Of a stretch of DNA of 64,000 nucleotides, positions 43,166 through 53,735 are shown piece by piece (position 1 is the stretch's first letter; every line of letters begins with the position of its first letter). Below the pieces are notes generated by a model that worked only from the letters and a program-made list of their open reading frames with translations, had not been told where the DNA came from and did not search any database. A program made the translations under genes and the position numbers. The DNA is from an uncultured Erysipelotrichaceae bacterium (lineage in GTDB: Bacteria > Bacillota_I > Bacilli_A > RFN20 > CAG-826): positions 10,792 to 74,791 of the forward strand of contig CADBXE010000003.1 in assembly GCA_902798595.1 (NCBI GenBank), in the 5' to 3' direction.

Positions 43166-46100
43166 ATGAAAAATAAGACAAAATTTGCTTTTCTATCGCT
43201 TGCTCTTGTTTCAAGTATGATTTTTGCTGCGTGTAATAAACCAGTAGAAACAACTAAATCAACAGAAGCGCCACAAAGCACAGAACCAGCAAGTACTTCT
43301 CAACCAAGCAGTGACCCAACTACCGCAAAACCAAGTAGCTCATCCAGCAGTACTCCGAGTAGTTCCACTAGCTCAACACCAAGTACTTCTGTTCCATCTT
43401 CATCATCTAGTAGTTCTAGCACTTCCGTTGCCCCAACTGTAACTAGCATTGCTGTCAATCTTGATAATGTTAAGACAGCTTATGTTCGCGGCGAAGCGCT
43501 AAACTTAACAGGTCTTGTGGTTACAGGTACTTTCTCTGACGGCACTAGTAGAGCCGTTAGAAGTTACACAACCAATCCTGCTAATGGCACAGTCTTAAAT
43601 GAAGTGGGCGAACAAGAAATCGTCGTCACTTATAAAGAAGTCACCACATCATTTAAAGTTACAGTCGCTAATCAAAAATTCACAGTTAGATTCCTCGTTG
43701 ATGGTCAAGAAGTAAAATCTTACCAAGTCGAAGATGGCCAAAAAGTCGTTTACGATGGTGAACAACCAACCAAAGCAGCAGACGCTAATGCTGTTAAGTA
43801 CAGATTCAAAGGTTGGGATAAAGACTTAAATCAACCAATTACTCAAGACACAACAATCAACGCAGTGTTCGCAGCTTATGCCGCTGAACAAGCGGTGGAT
43901 AATTTCGAAGCTTATGACAGCAATGCCGATATGGCGGACGCTTGGAAAGTCGAAGCTTATACAACCGCTTGGGGCGATACATCCGCTTCAGTCGTTGTTG
44001 GTAGCAAAGCCACTGAAGGTAACAAATCCCTTAGATTCAATGCATGGGAAAATGGCACTGGTTTCAGATTCCTTAAACATTTAGAAGCTAATGCATTACC
44101 AAAATCTGCAAATGCTATTAAGTTCAATTTACAAATCCCAGCATTAAATACCGTTAAGGTCATCTTAAAAGGTAAAGCCACAATCGCAGGTGAAGAAAAA
44201 GAACCATCATTCACATATGAATTCAAACCAACAACTGATGAATATGTTGAATACACAATCCCACTTGATGCTGATGAATGGCAATTATGGGCTCAAGCTG
44301 GTCAATCTATCAAAGCGGTTGCTGATTATATCGGTATCCATCAAGACGATGTCGTCAATTACTTAACTGATGTTGGCTTCTTCGTCCAAGGTAAGAACGA
44401 TGGTAATCTTCCATACTTCGCTTTCGTTGATAACATCCGTTTCGTCACATTAGATGAACCAGTGGCTAAATCCGAAATCGAAACAATGGGCCAATACACA
44501 AAATATACTGGCTTATTAAATAATGGTTACACAGTTAAAGTCGAATTAGGCGCTCAAGGTGCTGCAACCGCAACAATCCTTGATGCTCCACAACAACAAG
44601 TCATTCAAGGCAACGTTGCTATCGACGCTAACAAGAACATAACATTCACCTCCGCTGATAACGGTGCCACATTAGTTTATAAGGCGGCGTTAAAGAACGG
44701 TGGTCAATCCATGAAGTTCGTCCAAGCCGGTGGCGCATTTGCCGAAGCGGTTACAAACGTTGATCTCAACGCTGTTCAAGTCGTTGACAACTTTGATCAA
44801 TATACCGAAGACGGCTTATCCTATTGGCAAGGCAATATGGATATCAACAATAGAAGAGGCTGCCGTGGTGCATACTACTCAGAATATTATTCTGGTACCA
44901 ATCCATCCTACGAAACATTCGGTGGAAATGGTTGGATATTAATGGGTGGAAATACTGGTGGTGATCAACTTAAACTTAAGAACGATGGTGGTCACTCCGG
45001 CGATAACTACCTCTGCATGAAGTACTCTTCTGGTGCTGCTATGAGATATATGCAATGGGGCTTATTCGATGGTACATCAGAACAAAATAACTTCCGTGGT
45101 TCCAAATTAAGTTTCTGGGCCAAGACAAGTGGTAAAGTTCCTGCATTCAAGGTTGCGATGTATTCACAAACAAAACCAAGAAATGCTACAAAGGATCAAT
45201 ATGTTAAACAAGAAACATTCACATTCACAGACGCTATCGGTGAATGGAAACATTTCGAAATCGATCTTAATCCAAACGTTACATATTATGGCTTCTTAGT
45301 CTTCATGGACAAAGCAGGCGGCTCTAATGCACTCCTATATATGGATGATGTTGAAGTCTATACCGCTAATCCATATGCAACATATGTTCCAGAAGTTCCA
45401 CCAGTTCAAGACAAAGTCTTAAAACGTGGCATGCACTTCATGGCCAAAATGAACGGCTTAGTTACTGCACATATCGAAATCGAAGATGATGGTGCTGTTT
45501 CATTAGCAGCTCCAGGCTTACAGATGAATGTTGAAGGCACATATGTCATCAATGGCAATGATGTCACAATGACATTCGGTCAAACAGAATATATGGCAAC
45601 TATCGCTGACGATTACAGCAAACTAACATATAAAAACGTTACTGGTACTGATATGGTCGCTATGGGATTAAATGGTCTTAGCTTTGACGCCGTAGATTTC
45701 GCTGAAACAGCTGAATTCTATGATGAAGATGGCAAGATGTACTATGATGGCAATACTGACGAATCCACAATCAGTGGCGCTCGTGGCGCTTACTATTGTG
45801 ACCGTTATGCTAACGGTACTCCAAGTCCTGTTGGTGGTAGTGGTTGGGCATTATTAGGAGCAGGTGACCAAATTAAGCTCGATAAGACTGATGCTGTTGA
45901 AGGAAAACAATCCATCACTTTCAAGAGAAGTAGTGGTGCAAACATCAGATATATGCAATGGGACCTTTACAAAGGTACAGCTAAAGAACGTACTGGTGTG
46001 AATAAATTCACAATCTTCTTAAAGAACCCAGAAGCAAACGAATTAAAAGTTAAAATCTATGTCTTCAAGAATAAACAAGTTACTGCTTCCAATCAAACTG

Positions 46101-46588
46101 ATAGAGTTGAAAAAGAAATCACTTTAGCAGCAAATCAAAATTGGACACCATATACACTCGATTTAAGTGTTACAGGTAAGTACTACGGTTATGGTTTATA
46201 CACATTCAAAGGTGACACCAACACTTACTTAAAAGTTGACTCTGCTTTCTTCAGCGGTCCAGACTTTGACCCAATGCTTAGCTTCTCTGCTAAGAAAGGC
46301 GTGGAATTAAGTGCCACAACAAATGCTGGTCCAGCAACAATTAAATTTGGTGATACCGGCAAAGTCTACTTAACATGCGCCAGTGCGAACTTCAACAACG
46401 TTGAAGGCACCTACACAATGGCACAAGGTGAAACCGGTCAAACAATGACTATCAAGATTGGCGATAACACATTAACTGGTGTTTATGCCGTCGATCCAAT
46501 GCAAGGTTACAAAGTAACATTTACAGTCACTGAAGCAGGAGGCCAATTTGCAGCACTAGTTGCGGCCAATACTGTCTTCTCAAACTAA
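43166..46588 (+). CDS. Large surface lipoprotein with Big_3 Ig-like domain, Listeria-Bacteroides repeat and repeated CBM-like modules
   Basis: The ATG at 43166 (GGAAGGA RBS) gives MKNKTKFAFLSLALVSSMIFAAC. A Ser/Pro linker is followed by a Big_3-like repeat, a Flg_new-like repeat (..YRFKGWDKDLNQPITQDTTINAVF) and recurrent VDNF(E/D)xY...W modules suggestive of carbohydrate binding. Confidence 0.7.
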   Translation: MKNKTKFAFLSLALVSSMIFAACNKPVETTKSTEAPQSTEPASTSQPSSDPTTAKPSSSSSSTPSSSTSSTPSTSVPSSSSSSSSTSVAPTVTSIAVNLDNVKTAYVRGEALNLTGLVVTGTFSDGTSRAVRSYTTNPANGTVLNEVGEQEIVVTYKEVTTSFKVTVANQKFTVRFLVDGQEVKSYQVEDGQKVVYDGEQPTKAADANAVKYRFKGWDKDLNQPITQDTTINAVFAAYAAEQAVDNFEAYDSNADMADAWKVEAYTTAWGDTSASVVVGSKATEGNKSLRFNAWENGTGFRFLKHLEANALPKSANAIKFNLQIPALNTVKVILKGKATIAGEEKEPSFTYEFKPTTDEYVEYTIPLDADEWQLWAQAGQSIKAVADYIGIHQDDVVNYLTDVGFFVQGKNDGNLPYFAFVDNIRFVTLDEPVAKSEIETMGQYTKYTGLLNNGYTVKVELGAQGAATATILDAPQQQVIQGNVAIDANKNITFTSADNGATLVYKAALKNGGQSMKFVQAGGAFAEAVTNVDLNAVQVVDNFDQYTEDGLSYWQGNMDINNRRGCRGAYYSEYYSGTNPSYETFGGNGWILMGGNTGGDQLKLKNDGGHSGDNYLCMKYSSGAAMRYMQWGLFDGTSEQNNFRGSKLSFWAKTSGKVPAFKVAMYSQTKPRNATKDQYVKQETFTFTDAIGEWKHFEIDLNPNVTYYGFLVFMDKAGGSNALLYMDDVEVYTANPYATYVPEVPPVQDKVLKRGMHFMAKMNGLVTAHIEIEDDGAVSLAAPGLQMNVEGTYVINGNDVTMTFGQTEYMATIADDYSKLTYKNVTGTDMVAMGLNGLSFDAVDFAETAEFYDEDGKMYYDGNTDESTISGARGAYYCDRYANGTPSPVGGSGWALLGAGDQIKLDKTDAVEGKQSITFKRSSGANIRYMQWDLYKGTAKERTGVNKFTIFLKNPEANELKVKIYVFKNKQVTASNQTDRVEKEITLAANQNWTPYTLDLSVTGKYYGYGLYTFKGDTNTYLKVDSAFFSGPDFDPMLSFSAKKGVELSATTNAGPATIKFGDTGKVYLTCASANFNNVEGTYTMAQGETGQTMTIKIGDNTLTGVYAVDPMQGYKVTFTVTEAGGQFAALVAANTVFSN

Positions 46589-46618
46589 AAACACGCTAAA
46601 TGCGTAGAACGCGTATTT

Positions 46619-46642
46619 GGAGGGGTAATTATATACCCCTCC
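46619..46642 (+). terminator. Terminator-like hairpin
   Basis: GGAGGGGTA-loop-TACCCCTCC, a 9-bp stem with no clear T-run. Confidence 0.5.
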
Positions 46643-46686
46643 TATACTCGTATATTAATAATTAATAAATTAAAGATAATAAGAAT

Positions 46687-47694
46687 ATGAAAAAACCAAC
46701 TTTAGATCAAATTGCAATAGAATGCGGCGTTACTAAGGGTTTAGTCTCTAGAGCGCTAGGGGGAAAGAACAATGTTTCTGACGCCACTAGAGAAAAAATC
46801 ATTAGAAAAGCCACAGAACTCGGTTATGACACTTCTAAACTAAAAGTGCATAAAGTCGCGTCTAACCGTGTCCTTTTAATCGGCTCCAGCCGTATTTTGT
46901 TCAAAGAAGATTTCTGGCAACCAATCATCACTGCGATATCTTCCACTTTATCTAGAAGCAATTTGATCGTGGAATACTTCGCTTTTGAAGAAGACAAAAT
47001 TGATGATGGCCTTCTTAAAAAGCTTAAAGAATCATCATGTAGTGCCTTTATTATCATCCATGTCGCTCCCCAAGAAATCGTGGACGTCTTAGCGGGTAAA
47101 GGCAAACCACTCGTCATTGTGGATCCAAAAACATTCCACAGTGAAGCAACACAGTTTAAGTTCTCAAACTATGATTCCGCCTATTTAGCGGTCCAACGTT
47201 TAATTGAACAAGGTCATACCAATATTGCCTTCTATGGTAGTGATTCCCATAGCTTGTCATTCAGAGAAAGACATGAAGGCTATATGGCGTGTATGGAAAA
47301 CCATAAAAACGAAGTTAAGCCATGTTCCATTATCTTTAATAACGAAAAGAAAAATTACGCTGATGAGAAAATGCTCATTGACGCACTTAATAGCCATCCA
47401 ATATCTGCAATTGTGTGTGCTAATGACATTATTGCCTTAAACGCTATGAAAACCATTAATAGATTAGGCAAAAAGGTTCCTGAAGATATCTCTGTTATCG
47501 GTTTCGATAACATCAGGACTGGAGACTTTATGACTCCAAGATTATCAACATTTAATATTCCTCGACAAGAAATCGGAGAGGAGGTCGCTAAGTATGTGGC
47601 TAACTCCATTAAGTCACATCAAATCCCATATTCTCAAATAGTCATTAGATGCGACTTTATTGAAAGAGAATCAAATATACAAATAAAAAAGTAG
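46687..47694 (+). CDS. LacI-family transcriptional regulator
   Basis: 335-aa ORF. N-terminal HTH PTLDQIAIECGVTKGLVSRALGGKNNVSDATREKI, then a periplasmic-binding-protein-like sugar-binding core. Confidence 0.9.
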   Translation: MKKPTLDQIAIECGVTKGLVSRALGGKNNVSDATREKIIRKATELGYDTSKLKVHKVASNRVLLIGSSRILFKEDFWQPIITAISSTLSRSNLIVEYFAFEEDKIDDGLLKKLKESSCSAFIIIHVAPQEIVDVLAGKGKPLVIVDPKTFHSEATQFKFSNYDSAYLAVQRLIEQGHTNIAFYGSDSHSLSFRERHEGYMACMENHKNEVKPCSIIFNNEKKNYADEKMLIDALNSHPISAIVCANDIIALNAMKTINRLGKKVPEDISVIGFDNIRTGDFMTPRLSTFNIPRQEIGEEVAKYVANSIKSHQIPYSQIVIRCDFIERESNIQIKK

Positions 47695-47703
47695 GTATTA
47701 ATT

Positions 47704-48687
47704 ATGAAACATAAAATCTATGGAAAAGAATTAGCTAATATGCCATTTGAACCTCGCCCTGCAGGTTCAGATTCTCCACTATGGAGATACTCTCAAAACC
47801 CTGTTATCTCAATGAATCCATTCCCAAATGCTTCTAGAGTCTTTAATAGTGCGGTTATGGCATATAATGGTGAATTCATCGGTGTCTTTAGAGCAGACAC
47901 AAAAAATGGCATCCCATTCTTATTTGTGGGACACTCCAAAGACGGTATCCATTTTGATTTTGAAATAGATCCAATCGTTTTCCACGATAAAGAAGGAAAA
48001 CCAATTAAATTAGAATATGCTTATGACCCACGTTTAGTGGAACTTGAAGGTACATATTACATTATCTTCTGTACCTCTAACCACGGACCAACATTAGGCA
48101 TTGGTAAAACCAAAGACTTCAAAGACTTTGAATTAGTGGACAACCCATTCCTTCCATTTAATAGAAATGGTGTCTTATTCCCAAGAAAGATTAATGGTGA
48201 ATACGCGATGTTCTCTCGTCCAAGTGACTCAGGACATACACAATTCGGTGATATCTTCCTTTCCTATTCCAGAGATATGGAATATTGGGGTAAACATAGA
48301 CACGTTATGGAAAGAGGATATGAATGGTGGTGTGGCACTAAAATTGGTGCGGGACCAACACCTATTGAATGTGATTTAGGTTGGTTAGTATTCTTCCATG
48401 GCGCTAATCTCACCTGTTCAGGTTTAGTTTATTCCATCGGTGCGGCAATCGTTGATAGAGACGATCCAAGCAAAGTATTACATAGATGCGGTAATTTCTT
48501 ACTCGCTCCTGAAAAGATTTATGAAACAAGTGGATACGTCCCTAACGTTTTATTCCCTGTTTCATGTTTAACCGACGCTAAAACAGGACGTATCGCTATC
48601 TATGCCGGTGGTGCAGATACAGTCACTGAATTATTATTCACTGATATTGATACAGTGATTGATTACATTCTTAAATACGAAAGATAA
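47704..48687 (+). CDS. GH130 beta-mannoside phosphorylase/hydrolase family protein
   Basis: 327-aa ORF. ..NPVIS...VFNSAV..FIGVFR.. and YDPRLVELEGTYYIIFC are typical of GH130. Confidence 0.8.
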   Translation: MKHKIYGKELANMPFEPRPAGSDSPLWRYSQNPVISMNPFPNASRVFNSAVMAYNGEFIGVFRADTKNGIPFLFVGHSKDGIHFDFEIDPIVFHDKEGKPIKLEYAYDPRLVELEGTYYIIFCTSNHGPTLGIGKTKDFKDFELVDNPFLPFNRNGVLFPRKINGEYAMFSRPSDSGHTQFGDIFLSYSRDMEYWGKHRHVMERGYEWWCGTKIGAGPTPIECDLGWLVFFHGANLTCSGLVYSIGAAIVDRDDPSKVLHRCGNFLLAPEKIYETSGYVPNVLFPVSCLTDAKTGRIAIYAGGADTVTELLFTDIDTVIDYILKYER

Positions 48688-48692
48688 CTTAT

Positions 48693-49634
48693 ATGGAACT
48701 CACGACAATCGCCAAACGTAACAATCCATTTAGAAAATTCGGGGCTAAGTTCTGGAGAAGCAAGTACTTAGTTATGATGATTATCCCCGCGATTATTTTC
48801 TATATTGTTTTCTGCTACGTGCCAATGTATGGCGTTTTGATGGCATTCCAAAAATTTAATCCTAAAGTCGGTATCTTCGGTTCAAACTTTGTCGGCTTTA
48901 ATAACTTTATTAAGGTCTTTGAAGAACCTAAGTTCTGGTTAGCGTTTAGAAATACGTTAATCATTGGTTCTGTAAAGATTGTGATTTCCTTCTTAGGTGC
49001 AGTTATTATTGCCTTATTACTTAATGAACTAAGAATGATTAAAACAAAGAAGACTATTCAAACCATCGTCACCTTCCCACACTTCCTTTCCTGGGTTGTT
49101 GTCTCTGGTTTCGTCTTTTCTTTGTTTGCCTATAATGGTGCGGTTAATGCTTTAGTGGAAGCAATGGGTGGAACAAGAACAAACTTCCTCACCGATAAAG
49201 GCTTCTTCTTTGGCATGGTCTTTGCTTCTGATATATGGAAAGAAGCAGGATGGGGTAGCATTATCTACCTCGCCACTATGGCGGGTATCCCACAAGACCA
49301 ATATGAAGCTGCGGACATTGATGGTGCGACGCGTTTACAAAAGATTTGGCATATTACCTTGCCTGGTATTAAGCCAACCGCTATCTTACTACTCATTATG
49401 TCCGTTGGTGGTGTTCTCTCTGCAGGCTTTGACCAAATCCTTAACTTAGGTAATGACCTCATTAGAGAAGACGTCAATATTATTGATACATATATTTATT
49501 ATCACTACGTCAGTGGTTCAGGCAATGCGGGTATTGGTACTGCGATTGGTTTATTTAAATCTGTCGTGTCTTTTGCCCTTGTTATTGCCGTTGATAGAAT
49601 CGCTAAAGCATGTGGGGAAAGGGGTATTATCTAA
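48693..49634 (+). CDS. Carbohydrate ABC transporter permease (LplB-type)
   Basis: 313-aa ORF with 6 TM. N-terminus FWRSKYLVMMIIPAIIFYIVFCYVPMYGVLMAFQKF, and the EAA-loop region EAADIDGATRLQKIWHITLP. Confidence 0.9.
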   Translation: MELTTIAKRNNPFRKFGAKFWRSKYLVMMIIPAIIFYIVFCYVPMYGVLMAFQKFNPKVGIFGSNFVGFNNFIKVFEEPKFWLAFRNTLIIGSVKIVISFLGAVIIALLLNELRMIKTKKTIQTIVTFPHFLSWVVVSGFVFSLFAYNGAVNALVEAMGGTRTNFLTDKGFFFGMVFASDIWKEAGWGSIIYLATMAGIPQDQYEAADIDGATRLQKIWHITLPGIKPTAILLLIMSVGGVLSAGFDQILNLGNDLIREDVNIIDTYIYYHYVSGSGNAGIGTAIGLFKSVVSFALVIAVDRIAKACGERGII

Positions 49635-50539
49635 TGAAACAAGAATTAGAAAGATTACCACTTCGTCCAAGAGGCTCTTCTAGAGATAGAAAGATTCAAA
49701 GCCTAGATGTTATCATCTGCGTGATATTAGTTATCTACGCTGCCTTAATTATCTTCCCATTTTGGAATGCTTTTGTGATTTCCATTTCTAGTGAAGCGTC
49801 ATACTTAAAGAGTAATCTCTTATTATGGCCATCTGAACTAGATTTATCAGCCTATCAACAAGTGTTCACTAATAATCAGCTATGGTCTGGTTTTGGTATC
49901 ACTATGATCCTTTTAATCGGTGGCACCTTATATCAATTATTCTTCACGGTTATTACCGGCTATGCGATGAGTAGAAACAAATGGACTGGTAAGAACTTTG
50001 TGATGAATATGATTTTAGTCACTATGTTCTTTGGCGGTGGTATGGTTCCTTACTACTACTTAATTAAATCGCTAGGCATGATGAATACCATTTGGGTCAT
50101 GATTATCCCAGGTGCGATTGATACATTCAACATGCTCCTTATGCGTAACTATTTCGCATCCCTTCCAGCGGAAATGGAAGAAAGTGCGAAGATTGATGGT
50201 GCTAACGATATCATCATCTTCACTAAGATTTTCTTACCATTATCTTTACCAATGCTTGCCACAATTGGCTTATTCTTCGCGGTTGGTAACTGGAACTCAT
50301 GGTATAACGCGATGCTGTTTATACCAGATAGAACGGACATTTGGCCATTACAAATGGTCTTAAGAAATATGATTGCAACTGTTTCAACCAATATCGAAAA
50401 CCCAGAAGCAGTGGATGGCTTCTCACAAGGTCTTACAATGGCGAGTATCTTCTTCACCATTGTGCCTATGATGTGCTTCTATCCATTCTTACAAAGGTTC
50501 TTCGTTAAAGGTATTGTCGTCGGTGCAATCAAAGGATAA
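49634..50539 (+). CDS. Carbohydrate ABC transporter permease (LplC-type)
   Basis: The ATG at 49634 overlaps the upstream TAA (TAATG). 6 TM. EAA loop ESAKIDGANDIIIFTKIFLP. Confidence 0.9.
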   Translation: MKQELERLPLRPRGSSRDRKIQSLDVIICVILVIYAALIIFPFWNAFVISISSEASYLKSNLLLWPSELDLSAYQQVFTNNQLWSGFGITMILLIGGTLYQLFFTVITGYAMSRNKWTGKNFVMNMILVTMFFGGGMVPYYYLIKSLGMMNTIWVMIIPGAIDTFNMLLMRNYFASLPAEMEESAKIDGANDIIIFTKIFLPLSLPMLATIGLFFAVGNWNSWYNAMLFIPDRTDIWPLQMVLRNMIATVSTNIENPEAVDGFSQGLTMASIFFTIVPMMCFYPFLQRFFVKGIVVGAIKG

Positions 50540-50561
50540 ATATTGGAGGTTTTAAATATTT

Positions 50562-52175
50562 ATGAAAAGAAAAATCATCTATGGTGCGTTATTAACCGCT
50601 TTAATGAGCTTAGGTGCCCTAACAGGCTGCGGCCGCAAAAGCGGTGAAGACAAATATGATAAAGACGGTCGTCTTATCTTAAATCTTAAAAACGTCTACT
50701 TTGATCAATGGCAAGGTGAAGACATGTACACAGACATTATTAATGAAAAGTTTAATGTCAAAATCAATGCTTCTAACTATGCTTACGAAGATTGGGACAC
50801 AATGGTTAACACCGCGATTAACGGTAATAACTTAACCGATACCATTCAATTTAACTTAAAGGCCTATAACTTTGGTTCTACTTATGAATCATGGGTTGAC
50901 TTTGATATGCTCAAACCATTACCAAATAATATGTCTAAGTGGCCAAATCTTAAGAAGATGTTAGATAACATTTCTAACGTTGATTCTTTAAAGATTAATG
51001 GTAAGTTATATGGCATTCCAATCGCTAACGACATTACCAATCCACAAAAGGACTTCTCAAACTTCACCTATGTTTATAGAAGAGACTGGGCTAAGAAGAT
51101 TGATGAAATGTATCCAGATAGAGAACCTGTCTATAGAGAAGGCGATGTTTATACATGGGAGGAATTCACACGTTTGTGTGATGCTTTCAATACCAACTTC
51201 AAAACCTTATCTGGTTTCTCCAGTGGTAGCGTTCTCGTTGATGAAGAGTGGGGCTTCCCAAGTGTCACTAACTTCTATAAAGACGCGCCTCACTGCTACG
51301 CCAAAGACAGTAACGGCAAAGCCATTGCTAACTTTGCTGGTGAAAAATACCTTGCTGGTTTAGAAGCTGCTAAAGAATTCGTCAGTGGTAAAAAGATTTA
51401 CTCCCAAGACCAATTTAACTTTGCAGCGAATAAAGCCAACCAATTATATTTAGGCGGACAAGCCGCAATCCTTTATGATAATTATTCCTTAGCTAATTAC
51501 ATTAAGTTAAGAAAGTTATTCAAAGCTTCTCAAAAGCTTGTGGATTTAGATGATGGTACAGCGTTCCTTAAGATTAAAGGACCAGATGGTAAATTCGCTT
51601 TAGAAGGTACTGAAAACTGGTTCTCTATGACCATGTTTAACGCTGATATTTCTGATGCCAAACAAGAAAAGATTTTAGATATCTTAGATTACTTATTAAC
51701 CGAAGAAGGTACTAGACTTGCCATTTATGGCAAAGAAGGCTATGACTACTCTATCGTTGATAATAAAGTTGTTTTAAACGAAATGGGTTGGGAAAAAGAT
51801 TCCATGACTGGTCAATACGCCACTAAGACAAATGGTGCTAAATATTTAAGATATATGGCCACCTTGGGTAATGATACAAAGTCCTATGACCCATTTACTG
51901 AACAAGATGCCTACAATCTCTTAAATGCTTGGCAAGAAGAAATGAAAGCCGCGAAAGCCGCGGGCAACTTACGTGTTGTTAAAGAGCCAGCGGATATTTC
52001 CTGGATGTCCACCCCAAGTAAGAATGATAAAACTGAAGGCTTATTAAACGATGCGAATACCGCAGTTTTAAAATACTGCTTTGATAAGATTTCTTTCGAT
52101 GCTTATAAGAAAGAATTTGAAAGCAATAACTGGAAGAAAGTTTTAGACGAAATTAACGCTAAGTTAGGAAAATAA
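50562..52175 (+). CDS. Extracellular solute-binding lipoprotein (LplA-type, large SBP)
   Basis: 537-aa ORF with lipobox ALTGC. Its size and position directly after the two permease genes fit LplA-like oligosaccharide binders. Confidence 0.8.
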   Translation: MKRKIIYGALLTALMSLGALTGCGRKSGEDKYDKDGRLILNLKNVYFDQWQGEDMYTDIINEKFNVKINASNYAYEDWDTMVNTAINGNNLTDTIQFNLKAYNFGSTYESWVDFDMLKPLPNNMSKWPNLKKMLDNISNVDSLKINGKLYGIPIANDITNPQKDFSNFTYVYRRDWAKKIDEMYPDREPVYREGDVYTWEEFTRLCDAFNTNFKTLSGFSSGSVLVDEEWGFPSVTNFYKDAPHCYAKDSNGKAIANFAGEKYLAGLEAAKEFVSGKKIYSQDQFNFAANKANQLYLGGQAAILYDNYSLANYIKLRKLFKASQKLVDLDDGTAFLKIKGPDGKFALEGTENWFSMTMFNADISDAKQEKILDILDYLLTEEGTRLAIYGKEGYDYSIVDNKVVLNEMGWEKDSMTGQYATKTNGAKYLRYMATLGNDTKSYDPFTEQDAYNLLNAWQEEMKAAKAAGNLRVVKEPADISWMSTPSKNDKTEGLLNDANTAVLKYCFDKISFDAYKKEFESNNWKKVLDEINAKLGK

Positions 52176-52178
52176 TTT

Positions 52179-53732
52179 ATGAAACAAAGGACCAAAAATA
52201 TTGTCTCCCTCATATTGTTGTCCTCTTCCCTTATCGCGATGGCGGGTTGTAATCAAAGCAAAGGAAAGGTCGATAAAGATCACCTTGTCTTTGATAAAGA
52301 ACATATCGTCCTCGATAATTTTGAAGGTTTAGGCGTGGAATGGGGTACCTATGAAGACCCTGATAAACTTTCTAGTGACTCTTGGGAAAGATCCTTAAAG
52401 ATTATGGATAGATTAAATCCTCAAGTGACTAGATGCATGCTTAACTATGACTGGTTTATCACCAACTTTGATGATAAATACGATAACGACACAAGTAATG
52501 ATACATGGGAGTATAACTTTAGCAATAAGCTGATGAATAACACCATTGATGTCCTTAGATATTGCGATGACCACGATATTGACGTGGCATTTGGCTGTTG
52601 GAACGTTCCTGGTAGCTTAGGTAAAGATGAATACAACATGTTTACTAAAGTAACTAGTGATCCAAGATGGGCTACAATGACCGCGGATATCTTAGAATAT
52701 CTCATCAAATTCCAAGGCATTAAATGCATTAAGTATTTCGTTAACTCCAACGAACCAAACTACTCTGGTGTTGAAGGTAAATCTAAAAACTATAACAACA
52801 CCTTTGATGTTTGGGCGCAAGGTGTGAAAAACGTTAGAAAAGCTCTTGATGATAGAGGCTTTAACAATATCAAAATCATCGGTGGTGACACCACTGGCTT
52901 TGAAGGTACAATCGAATACTTTAATGGCATCTCTACATCAAACGAATTAAAAGAAGCAGTAGGTGATTATGGTTTCCACGTCTATTGTCCAAATATGATT
53001 ATCGATACTGGTGACTTAGCGGTCCGTATTAGAGATATCTATGGCAAAGTTAAAAAGAATGATAAGGATTTAGGCGTCACACGTATCCCACATATTTGGG
53101 AAGCTGGTCTTTATGACGGCAAAAACGCTGAAACCGATAGTAATGCTTATATCGCTAACTACTCATATGGTCTTAGAATGGCGGACTATACATTACAATG
53201 CGCTGTCGCAGGCGTTAACTCCATAGTCTATTGGGACTTTGATGATGGCATGCACTTTATGTATAACGCGGATGGCACAATGACATCTAAAGGTTGGGGT
53301 ATGTTCTCCTCCTTAAGTACCGATAGTGCCATGAAACAAAGATTAAGACCTTGGTATCATTCCAGTGTTCTTCTCACAAACTTAATGAGAAAAGGCTGCA
53401 AGATCATTGATACTGACGCGAATAACCCAGAAGTTGATAATTCTTTCAGAAGTATGGGTGTTGTGGGTCCTAACGCTACATATGCAGGCGTGGTCGCAGT
53501 TAATCGTGGCATGATGCCTGTCACTAAGACATTCAGATTTTCTGAAGAGTTCTTAGCTAATGCGATAAATCCAAATAGAATCTATGTTTATATCTACAAC
53601 GAAGCGGATTTAAAGATTGGTGAAGATGGCTTTGTAAAAGAGAACCAAATTTTAGAATTATCCTTAAAAGATGAAATTGAAATTAGTGTTCCTCAAAACT
53701 CCATGGTCATTCTTTCTAGCAAGGAGCTATAA
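52179..53732 (+). CDS. Putative clan GH-A glycoside hydrolase lipoprotein (GH5/GH30-like)
   Basis: 517-aa ORF with lipobox AMAGC. VNSNEPNY (NEP acid/base-like motif) and HIWEAGL (possible nucleophile Glu). The family assignment is uncertain. Confidence 0.45.
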   Translation: MKQRTKNIVSLILLSSSLIAMAGCNQSKGKVDKDHLVFDKEHIVLDNFEGLGVEWGTYEDPDKLSSDSWERSLKIMDRLNPQVTRCMLNYDWFITNFDDKYDNDTSNDTWEYNFSNKLMNNTIDVLRYCDDHDIDVAFGCWNVPGSLGKDEYNMFTKVTSDPRWATMTADILEYLIKFQGIKCIKYFVNSNEPNYSGVEGKSKNYNNTFDVWAQGVKNVRKALDDRGFNNIKIIGGDTTGFEGTIEYFNGISTSNELKEAVGDYGFHVYCPNMIIDTGDLAVRIRDIYGKVKKNDKDLGVTRIPHIWEAGLYDGKNAETDSNAYIANYSYGLRMADYTLQCAVAGVNSIVYWDFDDGMHFMYNADGTMTSKGWGMFSSLSTDSAMKQRLRPWYHSSVLLTNLMRKGCKIIDTDANNPEVDNSFRSMGVVGPNATYAGVVAVNRGMMPVTKTFRFSEEFLANAINPNRIYVYIYNEADLKIGEDGFVKENQILELSLKDEIEISVPQNSMVILSSKEL

Positions 53733-53735
53733 ACT

